Source: Leucoraja ocellata
Taxonomy: Eukaryota
Assembly: GCA_036785375.1 (NCBI GenBank)
Contig: JAWMAR010000552.1
Location: 620,001 to 684,000, forward strand
Reading direction: 5' to 3'
Length of the DNA stretch: 64,000 nt
Made by a program: the position numbers and the translations under genes. Below, one piece after another: positions 24,331 to 38,135 of the stretch. The first letter of the stretch is position 1. Each line of letters opens with the position of its first letter. The notes beneath the pieces are model-generated. The model made no database searches. It was not told the DNA's origin and was given only the letters and a program-made list of their open reading frames with translations.

Positions 24331-25661
24331 GCGTCTTGGTTCATGTGTTCTATGCAATTGTATGTAATATTGCATTTGTGTAACAAAAACATTTGTCTCC
24401 CACAGCTATGCTAAAAATGTAACATATAACTATCATCTCCCAATGAAAATAAACCAAATATATGACTGGAGCCCATTGCTATTTTGGTCTGTTTCACACC
24501 CACATTATATGTTCCCTTGTGGCTTCACTGAAAGGAAATAATATTTCATGTGGCTTGTGTTAATAGAACTACTCAAAAGCTAAGGAAAAGCAAATGTGAA
24601 AATGCTTTAAAGAGAAATTAGTAACAGGCCAATTACAGATATAGATTTAAAATCCATTCCCCGCACTAACAGTTTTCTTCCAGCTACTTGCATCAACAGA
24701 AAATGTCTACAGTTTCATAATGAGACTGGGAGTTTCCTGTAAGTCCCGATTGAGAGAAAAATACTAAATTTTCCAAGTGAGTCCCAGCTTACCAGTTGCA
24801 GAGCTGGAAATAATGGGATTCCATCTGGCATGCAAATTAAATCAGAGTTTCCCCAGGACAAATTTAATCATGTGCTGCCTGGACCTGGCATCTTGACTCA
24901 AAGCATCAAAAGCCATCTGAACTGATTCAAATTGGCCTTGAAGTGTAACAGAGGCTGATTATCTCAATAATGAATATGTTCTGCATTCGGTACCCATTCA
25001 TTAAGCTAAACCTCTGCTCTATGAGTGGTAAGATGGCAATGGGTAGGGACAGAGGGAACTGCTGACCTGGGTGATATCCACATGACTGAAAGGCATTTCA
25101 GACTCTGTGGGGAGGTTTATTAACCGTCTCATCCAAATTTAGTCGATGGAAACAACCTGGTTTTCAAAAGTAATGCATTTGAAGTCTGGTATGTAAGAAT
25201 TATTGAACATATCACTCTTGTGGTGGAACAGGATTAATATATTCAGCTCAGCATGACAGAAACAAAGTGTTCATATTGATATAAACTAAATGGTACAGAA
25301 AAACAATGGAAAATGCATACTGCTGATTATGAATCCTAACTGCGCATGCATTAAATCAGAATGCAGAAAACAAAGCAAATACAAACACTCCATTAATAAA
25401 TCCAAATTGTAAAATACAGTCCTTTAAAGTTTAAAATCACATGAATTTAGTAAAACTAAAATAAATACTAACATAGCCAATGTGACATCATTCAAAGTTT
25501 TCCCCCACATTACGACTCTTTTCTCTTTACCTTTCTCTGATGACTTCTTCCCGTTAAAATATTTCTTATTGCCCCGAGCTCATGCGCTTTGCTCTTCCCA
25601 ATTCAGCATGTCGACCTTTCTACTTTCCTGTTGCCATCCCAGTCTTGATTTCAACTTAAAT

Positions 25662-25853
25662 AGACTGTCCGAAGAAAGGTCTCGACCCGAAACGTCACCT
25701 ATCCATGTTCTCCAGAGATGCTGCTTGTCTTCCTGCGTTACTCCAGCACTTTATGTCCCGCTATCCCTTGCCTGATTATGTGCCTCTACAACATTACTTC
25801 AGCACTTTGTATCCTTTTGTGTATTAATCAACATCGGCAGTTCCTTTTTCTAC
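25662..25853 (+). mobile_element. Penelope pLTR fragment
   Basis: gaagaaaggtctcgacccgaaacgtcacc...ttactccagcacttt. Confidence 0.75.
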
Positions 25854-26059
25854 AAGGGATAGAGGTGTACAAGCAGATGGGATTCACTTTATTTAGCATC
25901 ATGAGCCAAAGCGCCTGTTGCACTGGTCTGAGTTCTATGGAATCTATGGTGCAGCAGAAAGGCTCTGGAACTAAGTTTGCCAGGAAATTGGCAGTGAACC
26001 TGTACTTGGAAACAATTGTTTCCTGACATAAACATTGAAAAGACTTATGTTTACGAGAT

Positions 26060-27020
26060 ACTGCCAGAGGAGGTAGTCCAGGCTGGAACTATCCCAACGC
26101 TTAAGAAACAGTTAGAGAGGTGTTAATTCTGGCTAAATTGGAGAGGCTAGGACTTCAAAATGGGGTAAAAGATTCAGGGCTGCTGGGAGATTTGGTCAAT
26201 TTGGAATTGCTCTCTGCAGAGCTGGGGCAAGCTGCAGAGTGGTGCCAGTGTGTCTAGAGCTTAGATACAAATTGCAAGCAAAGAATAGGGACATCTGAAG
26301 ACCCTGTCAATTAGGTGCAAAATCCATAGAATGGATTGGATGGTTGCAAACCAGACATACACCTTGTAAATAATTGTAAATAATGTTGCAGAATTCGACT
26401 TTGCCGAGTGTTGATTGGATGAGGTATTGAGCCTTGTCTGGGTTTCTGGCAGATCAGGGTAAATGTTTCGAAGTTGGCTACCTTACGAAGTCCAGTTTGA
26501 ATACAATGTATTGAGCTGTTATATTATTAGGTTAGGGAAATGTCTGTTTTGTATGGGGTTAATCGAGATCTGTAATTGGGTTATTAAGAGACCACCCCCA
26601 TGTGGTTCAGCCCCTCGAGGTCCAGGGACATATAAAGGTCCGCTACCACGAGGTCCAGCATCGATCTTCTGGGAGAGCATTTGGGACTGCGTGACCTTCT
26701 GGAGTGAGGCCTAGAGGGCTTGAACACGCCGATACAAGGATTGAACCCACGGGGGGATAGGTACAGTAGTTGAACTGTAATGGGCTTTTGTTAAATTAAA
26801 ATGTAGTTGTTTCAAGTGCTTGATTCAGTGTTTTTACTGAAACTAGACTGGGGGGAAGCTTAGAAACGAGCAATTTACACAGGTACATGGATAGGACAGG
26901 TTTGGAGGGATATGGGCGAAACGCAGGCAGGTGGGACTTGTGTAGCTAGAACATCTTGGCCAGTGTGGGCACGTTGGGCCGAAAGGGCCTGTTTCCACAC
27001 TATCACTCTTTGACTCTATT
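26060..27020 (+). mobile_element. CR1 3' end split by a solo LTR
   Basis: 26060-26120 (ctgccagaggaggtag...cagttaga) resumes at 26880 (caggtacatggatagg...). Confidence 0.8.
26121..26879 (+). mobile_element. Solo LTR (Gypsy or ERV type)
   Basis: TG...CA ends with imperfect 8-bp inverted termini tgttaatt / aatttaca; 4-bp flanks gagg / cagg; TATAAA near 26631; ATTAAA near 26795; precisely interrupts a CR1 tail. Confidence 0.8.
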
Positions 27021-27566
27021 AGGCGGCTGTAGTCACCCAAAGAACCATCCCCTCTTCTATCCCCACATCCATTATAAATTCCCTACTTCAAGAGATAAAG
27101 TTACAAGAAAATATAGGACTGTAGATTAGAATGGATTGAAAACAATTTTGAATAGGTAACTCATTGCCCTGATTTCCATCATAAATGATTTAATCTGGAG
27201 ATATTCACCTTTTAATATCCAATATAATTTTACCACAAAGCCCTGCAGCAAATCGCTTTTCAGGTCAGATCCAGCATTATTTCCCCCCTGATCTGAATTG
27301 GACTTCACATGATGGATATGGTCATACTTAATGGAAGATTTTATCTCACACCAAAAAGTTATCAGGAGCAGACATAATCCCTCGTACAAATATACATTCC
27401 AGACATGGCAGATTTTACTTATCAATTTTGAGAGAAAGTGGCAGCTGGCCAAAGGGTGGATCCTACACATTAAAGAGCTCATACTTTCCAACAACAAGAG
27501 TGGGTCATATACAGTAAAGTTACACCAGGGGGTAGATGGGTTAATATTGTGAAAGAATTGTGATCG

Positions 27567-27861
27567 TGCGGCACAGTGGCACAGCAGTAGAGTTGCTGCC
27601 TTACAGCACCAGAGACACGGGTTCGATCCTGATTACGGGTGCTGCCTGTGTGGAGTTTGCACATTCTCCCGGTGACCACGTGGGGATTCTTTAGGTGCCA
27701 TGGTTTCCTCCGAAAGTCCAAAGACACGGAATTGTAGGTTAATTGCCTCTGTAAATTGTCCCTGGAGTGTAGCATGGAACTAGTGTTTTGGTGATCATTG
27801 GTTGGTGCGGACTCGGTGGGATGAAGGGCCTGTGTCCAAGCTGTATCTCTAAACTAAACCT
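27567..27861 (+). mobile_element. HE1-type V-SINE
   Basis: Full-length copy. Confidence 0.9.
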
Positions 27862-28844
27862 CTAGTTGAGTTATGGTGTGAGAAGAGGTGGCGAAGAAGG
27901 CCTAAAGCAGCAGTGATTGGACAATGTAATGCAAGACTGGGATGAACACCCCTGTTGTATCTAATGCCACAAATGACCGACCTCCATTTCCCAATGATAG
28001 TCTTCCTTGATGGATACCAGTCAGCATTCATCAACATCTGGAAGACGCCGTCTCCGGTAAGGAGGTGGCCAATTGTGAGTTTGGGCCACAGGGTGTGCTT
28101 GACCTGTCCCAATGTCGGCATTCTGATCATCCGGACCAGAGGGCTTGCACATCAGGCCGTCTGTAGCGGCGACTGCGGAGGGTCAGGGTCTGACCACGGG
28201 TGAACAAGAGAGGAGGAGGAGGAGGAGGATTGAATGTATTGCCTTCCACCACAGTGAAGAATGCTGTGGTGGATGTCTGTGTTGAATTATGTTGTTTATC
28301 GTGTCCTTGTTTAATTGTAACGCTGCATGGTAAATTATATATCACTGCACCTTATGACAAATATATTTGTACTTGAACTTGAAGTTGATTACATACCAAT
28401 GTTAACCAAGCAGTTACTCCACCAAGTAGTAAGTTTACACAACTTCGGAACCCTGTTCACTTCCAAGATGACTTTCGAATGTCTCATTCACCACCCAAAC
28501 CTATGGTATCAATGGAAAATGTGCAAACAATGGACTTTGTTTAACTGCTCTGATCCAATTCCCCCTTATCATGCCAGCACATGGTATGGAATCTATTCCA
28601 TTAGGAGATGAAGTGAATAACTTGCAACTAATGCAAGCAAAGGTGCATCTATATCCTATGTATCTTCTGAATGCCTTCCTCGTTGACTGCAACTCCTCCA
28701 TGTTTCTGCTGGTACATCTGTTCAGAATCTGTCCAAGTGATTGTGATGGAGATGCCATCAATGGAAAGTGCCCACAGCTTGAAGACTCCACTGGCACTGT
28801 GCAGTGGTCACTTCTACCAATGCTATCATAGAAACAATCATCTT

Positions 28845-29121
28845 AGTTTTAGTTTAGAGATGCAGCGTGGAAACGGCCCATGATGGTCAGTGATCCACAT
28901 ACACTAGCACCATCCCACACATTAAAGACAATCTTTACCAAAGTCAATTAACCCTTAAACCTGTACGTGTTTGGAGTGTGTGAAGAAACCAGAGCACCCG
29001 AGGAAAACCCACACAGGTCACGGGGAGAACGTACAAACTTTGTACAGACAGCATCCGTAGTTAGGATCGAACCCGGGTCTCTGGCGTTGTAAGGCAATAA
29101 CTCGACCACAGCACCACCATG
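28845..29121 (-). mobile_element. HE1-type V-SINE
   Basis: Reverse-complement copy. Confidence 0.88.
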
Positions 29122-31344
29122 CAGCATCTATAACACGTAGGTTGATGAAGATCAGGTCGGCTTATCACTTATGCCAGCTACGTCCGTCAGGACTTGGTCT
29201 GCGGGTAGAAATATTACAACACCTGTGGTGAAGTTTTCCACCTAGAATGCACTCAGAATCTGAAGAAGTAGTCCCGACCCAAAACGTCACCTATCCATGT
29301 TCTCCAGAGATACTGCCTGATCCATCTGTAAACCATTATTCCATCCCCTCTGCGGGCTCTGCCCTGCCAGCAAGACATGATGACTCTGGAGTGTGTGATG
29401 GAGCAGTCTGGCAAATGGCTGTAGATTGACTACCTGTGTTTGTGATTTATTACACATTACCCCAGCACTCATGAGACGGAACAGGCAAGGTTGTCAAAGC
29501 TGGGAGGAAACTTTCAGAATTCAGTGCCTAGTTTGCCTGGTTTTATTCATTGGTGGTTATGGTATTACTCAATGGTTTTCTGGGCCATTTCAGGACCAAC
29601 CACAGTACAGCAGTTCTGGAGTCACAGATAGGTCAGACTGCGTAAGAATTGAAGGCGTCCTCACTTTACAGTATCAGATGGGTTTCGAGGTCAATCTGGA
29701 TATTTTTGCAATCATCATTAACTGATGCTTAGTTTACTTCAAAACTTACAGATTATTAACAGTTTAAATTCCACAGTTAAACACTGTGGTGGGTTTAAAT
29801 TCAGGTCTTGGATTTTTAATTCGGGCATTTGTACCACGTCCTCTCTTTTAACTGCTTCACTAAATGTAGAATACCATATTTCATCTTTAGTGGTGGATCC
29901 CTGATGAAAACGTGTGCTGCTTTGTAGCACTGTAAAGGTTTTTGTTTCAACTCATTCCCACTTTGTATTAGTGGGAGGCTACACTGCAAGCATTGACTGC
30001 CTATCACAACATGGTCTATGTTTCAAGGGTGCTTTCTTGTCATTTTGAATTGCCTCAGGGTCAAGACATGCACCATATAACCGTGTAGCTTTCTTTATAA
30101 ATTCTCTGACTTCCTTGTGTTTGAAGTATTAAAGAAGATTTGTTCATTCTTTGGCAATTACTCTTTAATTTGCTTAATTTAACTGTTCCAGTATTAGAGC
30201 CAATTTGAATTAAATGAGGGATCTTAGCTATAGGCTGTTTCTTTGTCAGTAACAGGTTAATTACTTGAGTGATCAGCTTATCTGTGGGTCTGCTTCCGGT
30301 AATTGGGTAGCTGTGTGCACCAAGAGAGAATAGATTTTGGTTTAACCACTGAAGATTTCTTATGGTCTTTAAGAGACTGGAGTATGTTGCAGGCTGTGAG
30401 CTGGATAAGTGAGAAGGACAAGTGAGCTGTAGGTTATATTTTGAGGAGTTTAAACTCCAAGGCTAATGGGATTAAATGTTTCGGAATAAGGGTTTTGGGA
30501 GAAAAAAGAAGGTGGATAGGGTAGGAATTCTTGTGTGGTGAACATTTTGTGGAAAGACACAGGTGCTTCTGAGGTCTATTCATTCATCATCGTTAAAAAC
30601 ATTAGCGACACAGTGGTGCTGGATTCCAACAGGAACAGTGACGGACGGACCGCACATCTCTGTCCTCCAGTTCCTGCGGACTTCCGCCGCTGGAAGTATA
30701 GGATTTTGCTGTGTGTGCTTTATCACCATTCCTTACAATGCTATGTACGACAGTGAGCGCAACTTCTACTGAAGTGTGGAAGGCCGTTGGCTTGCTAGAA
30801 GTTCATCTGCCCTTTGACAGGTCTTGTTTTTGGTCCTGCTGGGGGTCCACAGCCCCCTCCTCACCTGGCAAACCAGCTGGGGGAGATGGTTTAGTCGCCG
30901 ACTATCCAACCATGGAGCAGGTAGTATGGGATTACATGGTACCCATGGCGGGGGAACTCCCCCCGACCTGTATTTGGGTGGTTTGACTAATCTCAGCTCA
31001 AAGATTTCTGGGTTTGAAAAGTGGAGCTATTAAGGTATTGATCCCAAATATTTATGAGTGTAAGACTTTTGAAATTACAAAGTGTTTACACATACATTGT
31101 GCTCTAAGAATAAAATAATTTAAAATACAGGGCCAGGAGTAGGCATCTACTCCTTGTGCCTGCTACACCATTTGTCAAAATCATAATTCATCATCTGTCT
31201 CAATGCTACTTTTTAATACCTGATATCCATGTTATTGAAGCTTAAAGTTTGTTCAGCCCTTCCTTAACTTTTCTCTACACTGTTATTTTGGCTGAAACTC
31301 TTGATCATTGAGCCAGACCCTTTGGCCTAGTGTACCTGTTTTAG

Positions 31345-31630
31345 ATTATCATTTTGGAGGTATAGTTTGGAGCAAAGCCTTTGGCCTACCCTGTATGTGC
31401 TGACAAGTGATCACACGTACACCAGTTCTACCCTATACAATTTACAGAAGCCAATTAACCTCCAAGCCTGTGTTGATCAAACTACCTATCTTCAGATGTG
31501 GGACGATACCAGAACATCAGAAGGAAGCTCATGAGGTCACAGGGAGACTGTGCAAACTCCACACAAACAGTATGCCATGTCGGCATTGAACATGGGAGCT
31601 ATGAGACAACAGCTCTATGAACTGTGCAAC
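31345..31630 (-). mobile_element. Degenerate HE1-type SINE
   Basis: ggtcacagggagactgtgcaaactccacac (reversed V domain). Confidence 0.65.
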
Positions 31631-31976
31631 CCACGTTTGTCCTAATATCGCCTTCTGGTTTGATTTCAAATTATGTTTTAATTATTTTCCAGTGAAGCTC
31701 TTTGGAATAGTATACAATATTAAATTTGTAATATGAGTATTCTTTTTAACTGATATTTAAGCCGGGGCCATACAATGGCCACACAATTCCATAAGAACTG
31801 CAGATGTTGGAATATTCATAATCAAACTCCATAATATTTTTCTTTCAGTCAGCATTATACAAAATTTATGAAAGCCCTGCTTTGTTAGAACTCGCGTGAC
31901 TCCAGTAGTGTCCTAACTGACACTAAGGGTGAAAATTACCAATGTCACTGGTCAGAACTGACAATTATGAAGTTGT

Positions 31977-32108
31977 GACACAAAAAGCTGGAGTAACTCA
32001 GCGGGGCAGGCAGCATCTCTGGAGAGAAGCAATGGGTGACGTTTTGGGTCGAGACCCTTCTCCAGGTCTGATCTTTGGTTTAAACCAGCATCTGCAGTTC
32101 CTTCCGGC
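31977..32108. mobile_element. Penelope pLTR mini-insertion with inverted tail
   Basis: 16-bp TSD acaattatgaagttgt (31961-31976, 32109-32124). Confidence 0.85.
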
Positions 32109-32759
32109 ACAATTATGAAGTTGTACAATGGAATAGTTCTTGGTAAAGTAACACTTGGTAGGAACAGCGTGACAGGGAACTGTACAAATGAGAAATTGCA
32201 GACGTGTATCGTCACAGTTGGAGGGATTTTTTGTACGGTGGAGTGCTTGCCTGTATCAGTGATGCATTAGCTGCCTTCCATCCAAATACTTACGATGATA
32301 GTTCTGTCAAAATGCAGCTATTATTAGCTGCTGAGGCTGAAAGTGAGTCACTTATTTGCTTTTATTTTATTCTGTTAAATTATGGCTGATTGCACCAGGA
32401 TAGCACATCTCTTTTGAATTTGAATTGATTCATCATCATATTTATTGCTAAATACAAATGTGATAATTACTCACGGAGAAAGTAATAATGGTTAATTCTA
32501 ATGCACCAATTTTCTATTGACCCTTTTGGTGAAGGTGAGCAAAGCTGCTACCTGTCATTGCTCCACATCAAGTATAATGGCAGAGTGGATTTGAATGCGC
32601 TCTTTTTCACTGAGGGTTGAGTTCAGTTCATGTTTCTGGATGAAGGAATCCTCCTGCTGCTGAATTTATAAGGACTCAACATGACATTTAATTTGATTTG
32701 CACAGATCTATATCTCGGTGAGTGTGAGTTTACAGCACAAGTCCGACCCAAATGCTATT

Positions 32760-34507
32760 CAAGTCAAGTCAAGTCAAGTCAAGTTTATTTGTCACATACA
32801 CATACGAGATGTGCAGTGAAATGAAAGTGGCAATGCTCGCGGACTTTTGTGCAAAAGACAAACAACCAAACAACCAAACAAACTATAAACACAATCATAA
32901 CACACACATTCTTTTACATAATAAATAATGGAAGGAAAAACGTTCAGTAGTGTTAGTCCCTGGTGAGATAGGCGTTTACAGTCCGAATGGCCTGTGGGAA
33001 GAAACTCCTTCTCAACCTCTCCGTTCTCACCGTATGGCAACGGAGGCGTTTGCCTGACTGTAGCAGCTGGAACAGTCCGTTGCAGGGGTGGAAGGGGTCT
33101 CTCATGATATTGTTGGCTCTGGAGTTGCACCTCCTGATGTATAGTTCCTGCAGGGGGGCAAGTGAAGTTCCCATAGTACGTTTGGCCGAACGCACTACTC
33201 TCTGCAGAGCCTTCTTGTCCTTGGCAGAGCAATTCCCAAACCAGATGGTAATGTTCCCGGAAAAGATGCTTTCCACCGCCGCTGCGTAGAAGCACTGGAG
33301 GATCCTCGGAGACACTCTGAATTTCCTCAATTGCCTGAGGTGGTAAAGGCGCTGCCTTGCCTTACTCACGAGTGCTGAGGCGTGTGATGCCCATGTCATA
33401 TCCTCGGAGATGTGGACTCCCAGATATTTAAAACAGTTCACCCTATCCACAGGATCCCCATTTATCCTCAATGGAGTGTACGTCCTCGGATGATGTGCCC
33501 TCCTAAAGTCCATGATCAGCTCCTTCGTTTTTTGATGTTCAAGAGGAGGCTGTTATCCTGGCACCAGAGTGCTAGACCAGCCAACTCCTCCCGGTAGGCC
33601 TTCTCGTCGTTGTCTGAGATCAGGCCCACCACCACAGTGTCATCAGCAAACTTAATTATTGAGTTGGAGCTGAACCTAGCCACACAGTCATGTGTGTACA
33701 GGGAGTACAATAGGGGGCTGAGGACGCAACCCTGGGGCGATCCTGTGCTCAGGGTGAGGGACTTCGATGTATTCCCCCCCATCTTGACTACCTGGGGCCT
33801 GGCGGTGAGAAAGTCCAGGACCCAGGCACACAGGTAGGTGTTGAGCCCCAATTCCAGTAGCTTCCTGGCCAGTCTGGTGGGGACTATCGTGTTGAAGGCT
33901 GAACTGTAGTCTATGAACAGCATCCTCACGTAGCCCCCCTTCTGGCTGTCCAGATGGGAGAGAGCGGCGTGCAAAACCTGGGAGACCGCATCGTCCGTGG
34001 ATCTGTTCGGACGGTATGCAAACTGCAACGGGTCCATGTTCCGAGGGAGGAAGGCGCAGATGTGATTTTTCACCAGCCTCTCAAAGCATTTCATGACTAC
34101 CGAGGTAAGGGCCACCGGACGGTAGTCATTCAGACAGGCTGGGGAGGCATTTCTTGGTACCGGTACAATGATGGATTTTTTGAAGCAGGCAGGGACCACG
34201 GACTTGTCCAGGGAGAGGTTGAATAATGTAGTGAGCACTGGAGCTAGCTGCGTAGCACAGGACTTGAGTACTCGCCCCGAGATGCCGTCGGGTCCTGCAG
34301 CTTTCCTCGTGTTCACCCGTGTCAGAGCCCTCCTCACGTCGTGCTCGGACAGCGAGAATGTGTGCACATTCCTCCCTTCAGCTTCGGTAGCCAGCCCGCT
34401 GGCGGTATTGTCGATAGTCGGCAGACCTGGAGTGGTGTTGCCCCTCTCTAAACGAGCGTAAAAGGAGTTCAGAGCATCAGCTAGGGAGGTGCCGGCACTT
34501 GCGGTAA
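32760..34507 (-). mobile_element. Rex1/Babar LINE, young, 5'-truncated, with full RT domain
   Basis: ORFs 33516-34532 (KAAGPDG, DYRPVALTS, FIDYSSAFNTI, GSPQGCVLSP, KFADD) and 32953-33513 joined by one frameshift; (GACTT)n tail; possible tattca TSD. Confidence 0.95.
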
Positions 34508-34589
34508 TATTCATGTAATGAGTCTGTGACAAAGATCATATGGAGTGGGTAATATATCCAAGGCCACAGCAAGTGATTGTCCAGAAATA

Positions 34590-35152
34590 AGCTTCTGCAT
34601 TCAAAAGCAGAGATGAAATGCTGAGACTGTCAGGCACAAGTCAGGCCACATTTGGAGTACTGTGAGCAAATTTGGGCTCCATTTCTGAGGTAGGATATGC
34701 TGGCTCTGGAGAGGGTTCAGAGGAGGTTTACGAGAATGATTCTAGGAATAAGTGGCTTAGCATTCGATGAGCTTTTGACAGCACTGGGCCTCTGCTCACT
34801 GGAGTTTAGAAACTTAAGGGGGAACCTCATTGAAACTTACAGAATAATGAAAGGCATAGAAAGAGTGGGAGTGGAAAGACGTCATAGCCTCAGAATTAAA
34901 GGGTATTCTTTTAGAAAGGAGGTGAGGAGGAACTTCTTTAATCGGAGGGTAGTAAATTTGTGGAACTCATTGCCTGTGGAGGTCAAAACAGTGGAAAATG
35001 TTAAGGCAGAAGTAGACAAATTCTTGATTAGAACGGGTGTGAAGGGTTATGGGGAGAATGCGGGAAAATGGGAGGCAGAGATAAGCCATGATTGACCAGA
35101 CTACTCGATGGGCTGAATGGCCTAATTCTACTCCTATAACTTTAACTTGTGA
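34590..35152 (+). mobile_element. CR1 3' end
   Basis: ORF 34697-35095 LALERVQRRFTRMI...RVVNLWNSLP. Confidence 0.9.
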
Positions 35153-35918
35153 TTACATTGCAGCTCCCTCTCACTCTTTTTCAGGGCACGTTATAACACA
35201 ACAGCCACTTTCTGTCTCAGCAAAGATGTATAAACTAAAGGTCTATAATTCGCTGTAATGACTATATGGCATGGATGTTGGTGACTGCTCAGTAAAAAAT
35301 AAGGTCCATATATATATTTACTAAGTGTCCAACCAAAACTACAAGATATAAAATGTCAATGGTGAAATCCATAGTGAAAGTGACAAGGAAGAAGAATTGA
35401 TAATTTTCTTTATTTTCAGATTTCTCCCTTTTCCCACTTTTATTCCTGGCCTGAAAGAGTTTACTCCTGCTGGGGTGTGCTTCCATATAAATCACTTGCA
35501 CTGCACTAGTCCCCCCCAAGTGCTCTTCTTTTTCATGTGGAGGTAAAGTCTGCAGAGACTGATTATGACTAATGAGGATCATCACACATGTGCTTCTATC
35601 CTCACTTGACATCGACACGTGCACATCTGACTGGGTGACTTCAATTATACAAGAACATAAAAACCTTCAGGCCATTTTTCCTTGGCCTCGTCTTGTGAGA
35701 GGAGGCCAAATATTTATCCAGTCCACATTGCTTGAAATTCAGCGCTTCAGCTAAGATCTAGATTTGAAGTTGGGTCTTACATTATTGTCTCCTTCACACG
35801 CTTTATTTCCTAAGCTTGTTCAATGTCCTTAGACTTGTGTTTCTCAAGGGCATCAATTGATCTTAACATACCGTAAATGAATCCCTTCAAATGGTTAATT
35901 AAATAATTAAATGTAGCA

Positions 35919-36236
35919 CATAAGAAACATAGAAACATAGAAAACAGGTGCAGGAGTAGGCCATTCGGCCCTTCGAGCCTGCACCGCCATTCAATATGAT
36001 CATGGCTGATCATCCAACTCAGTATCCTGTTCCTGCCTTCTCTCCATACCCCCTGATCCCTTTAGCCACAAGGGCCATATCTAACTCCCTCTTAGATATA
36101 GCCAATGAACTGGCCTCAACTACCTTCTGCGGCAGAGAATTCCAGAGATTCACCACTCTCTGTGTGAAAAAAGTTTTCCTCATCTCGGTCATAAAAGATT
36201 TCCCCTTTATCCTTAAACTGTGACCCCTTGTTCTGG
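35919..36236 (-). mobile_element. CR1 (HER1-like) 3' end
   Basis: Near-identical to 2092-2410, same octamer tail. Confidence 0.92.
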
Positions 36237-37069
36237 AGGGGGACTATATAAAGTCTCATATAGATATGAAAATGTTCATCTGCTAACATTTTAAACTTTG
36301 CCTAATAGGGTGTAGTTTTAGGAAGAAATGTCTATTCCTATCCCTGTTATTCATTGCAGTTATCAGTTTACAGATCTGTACTATCATGTTAATTATTTTG
36401 AGTGTAATGTTATTCATAATTTTAAGGACCTAATTCCAGTCTCCCTGTACAGTTCAGACAAAATAAAGTACACGTTCATGAACGGTAGATTAGCTGTACT
36501 CGTTCTAAAGATAATTAAGGACAAATGCATTGATCTGCTTGGTGTCAATTAAGTAATAAATTGGTTCTTAAAACATAAAACTCCTGAGTCAATAAAGTCA
36601 GGATAAATTAATTTGGAACAATAGAGATAATTGTGAACATGAATTCACCTTGAAGGCAATGGAAAGAAAAATCAAATAGAGTACAAAATGGACTACCGAT
36701 TCACCACTGATCGACAAATGTAACATTTTTGCCTTGGCTGGTAATGTTATTAAAATAGTACTCTTGAGAAATATCGTTTTTTTTATAAAAAGTGAATGAA
36801 ATACTTTCTGTTCAGTATGTCTGAAGTATGAGCTCGTTTTGGAATGCACATACTATAATCTGTTATATGTGTATTTTCTAATTTCATAATCAAGACCTCA
36901 GTGTCAGTATGCAAGATTGTCCCTTCCTTTCATAAATATACATTTAAACTTTTTTTTTTAATGATACAATATTTATTCCATTGAAGTCAATGTGATTAGT
37001 TTATACTTGCAAAAGATGGGGGTGCTGTGGGTATCGTTCACTGGCTATTAAACACAGCAGCATCTACAG

Positions 37070-37800
37070 ATGTGGCCTCCATGACTGTTTTGGTGAACAC
37101 TTGTACTCGGTCCACTAAGGCCTACTTGATCTGCTGGTTTATAACCATTTTAACTCCCCCTACCATTCCCATACTGTCCTTTTGTCATAGGCTTCTTCCA
37201 TTACCAGAGTGAGGCCAACTGAAGAAACGGCACCCTATATTTTGTTTGGGTAACTTACAACCTAACAGTATGAACATTGAATTCTCCATTTATAGAGCCA
37301 TGGAATCATAGTCATACAGTGTGGAAACAGGCCCTTCGGCCCAACTTGCACATGCTGGCCAACATGTCCCAGCTACAGACTCCTATTAAATCTTTTCCCC
37401 TTCACTAACCTTCCTTCCCCCACCTCCACTTTCCTATGTCCCACCTGGACTCACACACATTTCTCCACTTCCCCCACCCTTTCCACCTATATTCCATCTT
37501 CTGGCTTTGCATTTCATGTTTCACGCGTCTATCCTTGTCTCCTTATCTCACCCTTTTTGCCTTTTTCATCTCTGGCCATTGTTCAACCATCTGCCAATTG
37601 ACCCCCCCCCCCCCATTCACCTGTATTTCAGCTATCACTTGCCAGGGTTTGTCCAGCTCCCACCTCTCTTCCAGCTTTCTCCTCCACCTCCACCCTCCTG
37701 ACTACAATCAGTCCCCGATCTGGAACATCACATCTATGTTCTCCAGTGATGCAGCCTGACGCAACACCTTTTGTAAATAAAAATCTGCAGTTCCTTGTGT
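37070..37800 (+). mobile_element. Degenerate Penelope 3' end interrupted by a CR1 tail
   Basis: 37143-37290 aligns by eye with the GIY-YIG C-terminus at 17350-17500; CR1 tail on minus strand at about 37295-37400. Confidence 0.65.
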
Positions 37801-38135
37801 TTAACATATCAGTGTTTCAGGTGTGCAAAAACATCAGGAATATAATTAGCTTTTCTTTAGAACATCAATGTTTGACTTTTGGATAGGATTGGCTGATAAA
37901 CCATACTTAATTCAAAGATTGCATGTAAAACATCAGGGACATTACAAGGAAACAGCGCACTTATTTGCTTACTCTTTCCCTATCTTCCAGAAGTATGATA
38001 GGTTCCAGTTTGTTCTCTCTGTGCATTGTTCCTCCCCTCCAGTTCAACCACAATTATTTCCAAAACGTCCAATGTGACGCCAACATTTAATATATCTTTC
38101 CAATTCCCCCATGATCATTCCCTCTGAACAGACTG

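Noticed and set aside
30575-30970. CpG-containing block, possibly an RTE-related or other retroposon
   Set aside because: I could not define ends, TSD or coding motifs well enough to call it
35221-35255. caaagatgtata...ctataattcg, resembling a fourth footprint
   Set aside because: Right end does not finish in atctttg and there is no flanking 8-bp repeat
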